A stretch of DNA of 64,000 nt, taken from NCBI GenBank assembly GCA_964016885.1, contig OZ024755.1:41664001-41728000 (forward strand), read 5' to 3'. Below, piece after piece: positions 54,201-64,000 of this stretch. The stretch comes from Eledone cirrhosa (Eukaryota). How positions within the stretch are numbered: the stretch's first letter is position 1; the number at the start of each line of letters is the position of its first letter. Below the pieces are notes generated by a model that was not told the origin of the DNA, searched no databases, and saw only the letters and a program-made list of their open reading frames with translations. Position numbers and translations under genes: made by a program.

Positions 54201-55838
54201 ATAGCCCAGAGTATGGTCACTTTGTCACTGACATCTCCCTGTCTGTGTCATACGCCAGAATATGGTCACTCTGTCACTGACATCTCCCTGTCTGTGTCAT
54301 AGCCCAGAGTATGGTCACTTTGTCACTGACATCTCCCTGTCTGTGTAATACGCCAGAGTATGGTCACTTTGTCACTGCCATCTCCCTGTCTGTGTCATAG
54401 CCCAGAGTATGGTCACTTTGTAACTCACATCTCCCTGTCTGTGTCATAGTCCAGAGTATGGTCACTTTGTCACTCACATCTCCCTGTCTGTGTCATAGTC
54501 CAGAGTATGGTCACTTTGTCACTGAAATCTCCCTGTCTGTGTCATAGCCCAGAGTATGGTCACTTTGTCACTGACATCTCCCTGTCTGTGTCATACGCCA
54601 GAGTATGGTCACTCTGTCACTGACATCTCCCTGTCTGTGTCATAGCCCAGAGTATGGTCATTTTGTCACTGACATCTCCCTGTCTGTGTCATACGCCAGA
54701 GTATGCTCACTTTGTCACTAACATCTCCCTGTCTGTGTCATAGTCCAGAGTATGGTCACTTTGTCAGTGACATCTCTCTGTCTCTGTCATAGTCCAGAGT
54801 ATGGTCACTTTGTCACTGACATCTCCCTGTCTGTGTCATAGTCCAGAGTATGGTCACTTTGTCACTGACATCTCCCTGTCTCTGTCATACCCCAGAGTAT
54901 GGTCACTTTGTCACTCACATCTCCCTGTCTGTGACATAGCCCAGAGTATGGTCACTTTGTCACTGACATCTCCCTGTCTGTGTCATAGCCCAGAGCATGC
55001 TCACTTTGTCACTGACATCTACCTGTCTGTGTCATACGCCAGAGTATGGTCGCTCTGTCACTGACATCTCCCTGTCTGTGTCATAGCCCAGAGTATGGTC
55101 ACTTTGTCACTGCCATCTCCCTGTCTGTGTCATAGCCCAGAGTATGGTCACTTTGTCACTCACATCTCCCTGTCTGTGTCATAGTCCAGAGTATGGTCAC
55201 TTTGTCACTCACATCTCCCTGTCTGTGTCATAGTCCAGAGTATGGTCACTTTGTCACTGAAATCTCCCTGTCTGTGTCATAGCCCAGAGTATGGTCACTT
55301 TGTCACTGACATCTCCCTGTCTGTGTCATACGCCAGAGTATGGTCACTCTGTCACTGACATCTCCCTGTCTGTGTCATAGCCCAGAGTATAGTCATTTTG
55401 TCACTGACATCTCCCTGTCTGTGTCATAGCCCAGAGTATGGTCATTTTGTCACTGACATCTCTCTGTCTGTGTCATACGCCAGAGTATGCTCACTTTGTC
55501 ACTCACATCTCCCTGTCTGTGCAATAGCCCAGAGTATGGTCACTTTGTCACTGACATCTCTCTGTCTGTCATACGCCAGAGTATGGTCACTTTGTCACTA
55601 ACATCTCCCTGTCTGTGTCATAGTCCAGAGTATGGTCACTTTGTCACTGACATCTCCCTGTCTCTGTCATACCCCAGAGTATGGTCACTTTGTCACTCAC
55701 ATCTCCCTGTCTGTGACATAGCCCAGAGTATGGTCACTTTGTCACTGACATCTACCTGTCTGTGTCATAGCCCAGAGCATGCTCACTTTGTCACTGACAT
55801 CTCCCTGTCTGTGTCATAGCCCAGAGTATGCTCACTTT
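33271..55838. repeat. 49-bp satellite, ~460 copies, with higher-order repeats (tgacatctccctgtctgtgtcatagcccagagtatggtcactttgtcac)
   Basis: Direct periodicity; variant markers recur at 3395, 5030 and 2153 bp. Confidence 0.99.
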
Positions 55839-55937
55839 GACACGCAAATCAGAGAGGCAATTGAGATAGAACTAAGAAAACCAAAGTTAAACAGAAAGAA
55901 CGAATGGAATAACAATAATACTGACTTGAGGGAAATA

Positions 55938-55972
<35 letters not shown>

Positions 55973-56035
55973 ATATATACACAAGTACAATAACAACAAA
56001 CACATATAAACACATACTAGTGAACAAGCATAAAT
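55839..56035 (+). mobile_element. PLE GIY-YIG C-terminal tail and 3'UTR fragment (family E)
   Basis: QIREAIEIELRKPKLNRKNEWN matches QIREASEIELREPKLNRKNDWN of the 59-60 kb element. Confidence 0.78.
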
Positions 56036-56107
56036 ATACCGTATTTCTTCTGAAATACGAAATTCCAATGTATATCTGTATACAGCTAAAGTAAATTGTA
56101 ATTCTAT

Positions 56108-58441
<2,334 letters not shown>

Positions 58442-58555
58442 TGAAAAAAAAATGAAAACGAAATTTCATTTCTCACTCTTAGTATGGCACTTACTTAAAT
58501 GTAAGTATGTGTGTATACGTACATACATATATGTATACAGACGTACAGTAGCATG

Positions 58556-58625
<70 letters not shown>

Positions 58626-58915
58626 TACACATATCTACATACAGGTACACATATATATATGCACGTATCAGTTTAGCAGACGCTTATTATAACGCCGCTT
58701 TGTTCGTTTGTAAACAAACTGAACAGCCTGAATTGTTATGCCGTACGGTGTTAAGGCAACCACGTCACCTTTTTATTCAACACTGACACAGGAACGATGT
58801 ACTAGTTTCAAGCTTGTTAGCTATCATCAGCACCGTATACCCATCTGCCAGATAGTTGAACGTTCGAAAGTATATACTTTCCTTATGAAAATTAACGGCT
58901 GAGCAGCCTAATTTG

Positions 58916-58969
58916 CATATCGAGTGAGCTAAGTCGGTCATGCCTGACCGACTTAGCTCACTCGATATG
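58916..58969. other. Perfect hairpin, 25-bp stem and 4-nt loop
   Basis: catatcgagtgagctaagtcggtca-tgcc-tgaccgacttagctcactcgatatg. Confidence 0.9.
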
Positions 58970-59139
58970 ATTAAGGAAGCGTTCTTTAAACCAACCCTCC
59001 ACAATACCTATATATGTTTTGACCACTTGTTGTTGGTTTAGTCGGGTAGATGAAACTACAGCTTCATAAACTATAGTGGGTATGTTGTACTGTTGTTGAA
59101 AGGGGGGGTATGTTTCTGGCTTTCGGTGTGTCGAAACAA

Positions 59140-60770
59140 ATATTGTAATACTTGGGGTGGGTCATATTGTTGTAATAATATTGCCAGAAATAATAACAGA
59201 ACACACTGACTGTTTGGTTGGTTTTCGCTTCTGTATCTTTTATATCCTCATAGTTAATTTATTTGGTCCTCATTGTTTATCATTGACTGACAAACGGTGA
59301 AAAATACAGATATAAATACATATATATAGTCGCACTAAGTTCTTTCGTTGCACATCTGCAACATCATCAGTGGTACTATTATGTTTCCTCCTGTTGTATT
59401 GTATGTCTACCCCATTTTTATTTTATCTGTTTATTTATTTATTTATTGTTATTTTTTTAATTATTTTTATATTCTTCTCTGCGCATGCGTTTACGTGTGT
59501 GTATATTGTTTGGTGTGTGTGTTCGCGTTTGGGTGACTGTGTTTTGGTTATTGTATTCTATCTTAGTTTATTAGTGTGTGTTTATATGTTTTTTGTTATT
59601 GTGCTTGTGTATATATTTATTTATTTATTTATTTACTTATATTTCTCTTAAGTCAGTATTGTTTGTTTGGGTGTTGTTATTATTCCAATCATTTTTTCTA
59701 TTTAGCTTTGGCTCTCTAAGTTCTATTTCACTGGCCTCTCTGATTTGCCTATCTGCTGGGTCATTTCTATGTTTAGATATTATTCTAATTTCTATGTTGT
59801 CTATGTTACCTTCGTCTGGCATGTTCATATAGTACTGACCCGTTTTTTCGTCCTTTTAGTTCCCCCAGTGTTGGTCTATCCTTTCACCTATGCTACGAGC
59901 TGTCTCGCCTATGTATGTTGTTGTCATGTTTCTGCAAGTACCCTCTGTACATCTTATGCTATAGACTACGTTTCTAGTTTTACAGTTTATCTGGGGTTTA
60001 CTTTACATATAACACATTTCCTATTAGTACAGTGGGTTTTCTTAAAAGGGTATGCTTTGCTGATCAGGGATTTTATGGTAGTTCCTGGCTTTTCTACCAC
60101 TTTAATCTTTAAGTGGGTCTTTCTCAGGGCCTTTCTACATTGGTTCGATAATTTCCCTCCAAGGGTAGCGTCCACAAACAAGACACTGTGGTATCTCTGG
60201 TTGTCGTACCATGAGGTGGCTTTCCCTATCTTATGTTTAGTCCTATCTAAGCTATTCCATGATTTTCTCCTGTATAATGGGAAAATTCCTTTCATGCTTA
60301 GTTCTATGAGGGTCTTATACTTCTCCGGGGCTCCTTCGTATACTCTGACTCTGTCTCTTTGCTTGTAGCCAGAGAACTGCATGCGGTTGATGAAGTGTTC
60401 GATGTGTCTTTCCATTTCTGTTGGGTCGCACATGCGGGACACGTTCTTCATCACTCGTACCCAGTCTGGGATCAGAATATTAAACTTAGCACTACTGCAC
60501 ATTGCTGAGTTTTTGAGTATCAGGTATTTGGAGGCCATGGGTTTAGCATAGTGTGAGTGAAGAATTTGGGCCCTCTCGTCTATAGTATTAATCCAGAGTT
60601 CCGTGTCTAATACAGGTAGTCTATTGTTAGGGTGTTTGGAGGAAGGGTAGTCGATAGTTACAGTTATACTCTGGTGTTTGGAGTTAGCTATCTGCTGGAT
60701 GCTTTCCATTGTGCTACATTCTAAATCATATTTGTTAGTACTCTCTTGTGAGGGTGTCCTTATTACTATA
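59140..60770 (-). mobile_element. Penelope-like element (possibly Naiad-type), 5'-truncated: RT thumb, Cys-rich linker, GIY-YIG, 3' HHR-like core
   Basis: LPVLDTELWI..HYAKPMAS; CTNRKCVIC; after a frameshift CKTRNVVYSIRC..YIGETARSIGERIDQH; CTGATGA..GAAA core near 59343-59370. Confidence 0.88.
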
Positions 60771-60906
60771 TCAATATGAATTTTTAAGATCTGTGTGTGT
60801 GCTCACGTGTGAAAATCGTAAAAACAACTTGTGACATTTGCATTACATTATGCTTTAGTTGAAATTGCGCGGCGCCTATTGAGCTAATATATATATATAT
60901 ATATAT

Positions 60907-61149
60907 AGTTAAATAAAAGTCAAATGATTAAAATTTAGCTTCGTTTATTACTGCTATATATATTTCAGTGACAGCCATCTTTGGTTGTGACCTCTTCAGG
61001 CAGTTTGAATTAGTATGGTATAGACAAGTACATATGTTGTTTCGGTGTATAATATTGCCAATACTCTGATATGCCCAGTTCCTTGTTGGGTTGTTAATTC
61101 ACTGAGGAACTGGAGTCATATGACTCCAGTTCCTCAGTGAATTAACAAC
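60907..61149 (-). mobile_element. PLE-like end with HHR (60950-61004) and perfect 60-bp terminal palindrome (61090-61149)
   Basis: rc: ACTGC-CTGAAGA-stem II-GAAA-TATATATA-GCAGT; spacerless palindrome. Confidence 0.75.
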
Positions 61150-61165
61150 ATATATATATATATAT

Positions 61166-61336
61166 ATAATATAAGATCTAAAGATGGTTAAAAGAGTTCC
61201 AAGTATAAAATACTTGGAACTCTTTTAACCATCTTTTGATCTTATATTATTTATACTCCAGTCCTACAAACTGTAGGGTGCTACTTATCCGATATTTGCA
61301 TTGCTTTATTGCGCTACAATAAAACTCACCTCCTAC
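61166..61336 (+). mobile_element. Fold-back insertion in (TA)n
   Basis: Arms ~61167-61206/61210-61250. Confidence 0.6.
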
Positions 61337-61352
61337 ATATATATATATATAT

Positions 61353-61547
61353 AGTGACGAAACATAAGTCAATTGCATGAACTCATAATCCTTTATTTAC
61401 TGCTATATATATTTCGATGATAGCCATTGAATGGCTATGACCTCATCAGGCAGTTAGTCAGTTCTTAGATATGCCAGCTCTGTGTTTATGTTGTTGATGG
61501 TATCAGAGCCTTGGGACATATTTGTCAGCATTTTCTTTTCCATTTTA

Positions 61548-61550
<3 letters not shown>
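61353..61550 (-). mobile_element. PLE-like family D end with HHR (61399-61454)
   Basis: Near-identical to 19441-19608. Confidence 0.78.
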
Positions 61551-61630
<80 letters not shown>

Positions 61631-61973
61631 CAGAATTGAACGAACATTATTCTGCCGTCACAGAACTAAAACCCTTTTTTCCCACTACAAGCCGAATATT
61701 ACATAAAAGAGGGACATCCCCCAACTATATAAACCTTAATCTAGTTAGAAAAATATAAAAACAATCTCTTCTCAACATATATTAATAACCTTAAATTACC
61801 ACACTAATAATGGAAAGATATGCTGATGAGAATAGGTGCAAATATGCGATAATGAATGTGTCTAAAAACGTCCATAAGTATGTATATATATGTGAAAATG
61901 TATATAAATAAGTAAATATATATATATGTTTGATGTGTATAGTTAGATGTAAGTGTATTCATGTATTAAAGTG

Positions 61974-62046
<73 letters not shown>

Positions 62047-62602
62047 ATATGTGTATATAGATGTGTATGTATGTGTATGTGTGTACACATGAACTAGAGT
62101 ATGTATGTATATATGTGTGTGTCTATACGTGTGTATATAAAGATAAGTTGAGTATGAAAATGTATACACATGAGCGCGTATGTATGTACATGAATACATG
62201 TGTGTATATATGTGAGTATGCATGTGTATATATATGTAAGTATGAATATGTGAATTGTGAGTATATGTATTTTGTAGAGGTGTGCAAATATATTTGTGTG
62301 TGAATGCGTGGGTGAAAGGATACGTACACTTGAAAGAAAAATTTAAGTCTGAATGTTAATTAAGTGCAAACACAAAACCAACCACGCATATCTTTACTAT
62401 CTCTAATCCTTCTATAGATTTAGAAAAATAACCAATAATATATTCTATAAAAAATGTCAAAACAACAGATGGGAATCTAATTACTCACTGCCACCAAGAA
62501 TTCTCACTGCTATCGAAAAACCACTCCTTCAACTATTCTTCTAACAACTTCACCCCTCCCTCCTAATATTCTCTATAAAAACTAAATAGGTCCTCAGTAA
62601 TA

Positions 62603-62722
62603 TTATTCTGATGAAATGACAGTAAATAATAACATTGAAATATTGAATGTCTGCATAACTAAAAGTTTGTAGATAGCAGCTGTTTTAGGTTATGTAACTG
62701 TTATAGAAACACGTGTCAATAA
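62603..62722 (+). ncRNA. Hammerhead with extended stem II in a PLE-like end (~62380-62872)
   Basis: TTATT-CTGATGA(62608)-atgacagt...actgttat-GAAAC-ACGT-GTC-AATAA. Confidence 0.75.
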
Positions 62723-62869
62723 ATTCCTTTCAACTAAACTGTATCCATTCAAATCTTTCTATTTTTCTCCGGATTACTTTTGGAACTACAACTGGAACCG
62801 TCGAGCAAACTCTACGTGAGCTGATAATCTACTGTGTGTAATATTTATATTACAACACAACGGAAAATA

Positions 62870-62918
<49 letters not shown>

Positions 62919-63005
62919 CATACGCTACTTGGCAAATAACAATATGTATCACCTATCCTCCCCTTTTTTTCTCTCTCTCGATACGTAAATACTGTATATA
63001 TATAT

Positions 63006-63674
63006 ATTAAAATACAAATATTAATAAAATAGATGTTCTTTTGATCAATTAAATTTTATTATACATATTTCAGAGGTACAACAGTACGTCCTCATCAGAC
63101 AAAATATAATGATACATGACATACCCTGAGATGTTAAATGGTTAAGATTTAATCAAGGTAGTGATTAACCTAAGAGAAAACTCAACATTTATACCCTAAT
63201 AGTGAGAAAATGCGAAAACGTAATAAATTCAATAGAGAATGTGTGAGTAAGAAAGACGTTGGATAATGTGACAGCTATAGAGATTTTAAAATGTAGGATA
63301 CTACAAGTTATGGTTATCTAGGAAAACATCTCATGGATTATAACTGTCCATGAAGTCAGCTGAAAGAGGATTTAAAGAGATTAATTTAAAGGGTATAAAT
63401 GTTGAATTTTCTCTTAGGTTAATCACTACCTTGATTAAATCTTAACCATTTAACATCTCAGGGTATGTCATGTATCATCATATTTTGTCTGATGAGGACG
63501 TACTGTTGTACCTCTGAAATATGTATAATAAAATTTAATTGATCAAAAGAACATCTATTTTATTAATATTTGTATTTTAATATTAATAACTCTGAAAAAA
63601 TTATTTTTTGTAGAGTGCTTCCAATCTACTGTAAAACTCATTCTTTGATATACTCATTGAATCTTGTTTAACTC

Positions 63675-63680
<6 letters not shown>
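63006..63680 (+). mobile_element. PLE-like insertion (related to F) with inverted 5' part; HHR 63482-63534 (+) and 63053-63105 (-)
   Basis: Arms ~63006-63197/63390-63582; ATTTTGT-CTGATGA-stem II-GAAA-TATGTATA-ATAAAAT. Confidence 0.78.
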
Positions 63681-63754
<74 letters not shown>

Positions 63755-63794
63755 GAGTTAAACAAGATTCAATGAGTATATAAAAAAAAAATAT

Positions 63795-64000
63795 ATAACA
63801 CCACTGACGATGTTGCAGATGTGCAACGAAAGATTTATGTAAATTATGTAAACTATATATATGTGTTTGTGTCTATATTGTATCTGTATTATTTTTGACC
63901 GTCGGTCAGTCAATGGCAACATTGAGGACCGAGTAAGTTAGATCGCAGATATAAAAGACAGCGAGAAGCGAAAACCAACCAAACAGTGAGTGTGTTCTGT
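63795..64000 (+). mobile_element. PLE family E 3' end (runs off window)
   Basis: Reverse complement of 20695-20895; CTGACGA at 63804, GAAA at 63828. Confidence 0.78.

Noticed and set aside
33271-55838. CRISPR-like array or repeat-protein gene (MVTLSLTSPCLCH ORFs)
   Set aside because: No unique spacers or cas genes; the 49-bp period shifts frame each unit and ORFs appear only where variants remove stops
59940-60000. Selenocysteine read-through as reported for some Naiad PLEs
   Set aside because: The stop is TAA caused by a frameshift, not an in-frame TGA at a Cys position

Overview
Eukaryotic, AT-rich, repeat-saturated DNA with no host gene that I can support. The tRNA-derived SINEs resemble, from recall, octopus/coleoid cephalopod SINEs, so the organism is an inference. 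The window holds: (i) microsatellites ((TA)n, (ATT)n, (TATG)n, (CA)n) filled with 5'-truncated retroelements, namely Dong/R4-like restriction-like-endonuclease (RLE) LINEs, a Tx1-like LINE, RTE-like pieces, tRNA SINEs and many Penelope-like element (PLE) ends; (ii) about 20 hammerhead-ribozyme (HHR) motifs from roughly ten sequence families, many within insertions that have a 5' fold-back (inverted duplication); (iii) tandem arrays of 29, 31, 32, 28 and 49 bp, the last spanning 22.5 kb with higher-order structure. Best leads: a 3.4-kb satellite made of ~117 copies of a SINE's Pol III A box sitting inside that SINE; the recurrent fold-back HHR/PLE insertions in palindromic microsatellites; a 3'-end match suggesting a Tx1 LINE partner for the SINE; and element-specific partitioning of microsatellite targets. 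Most ORF-track entries are low-complexity artefacts.
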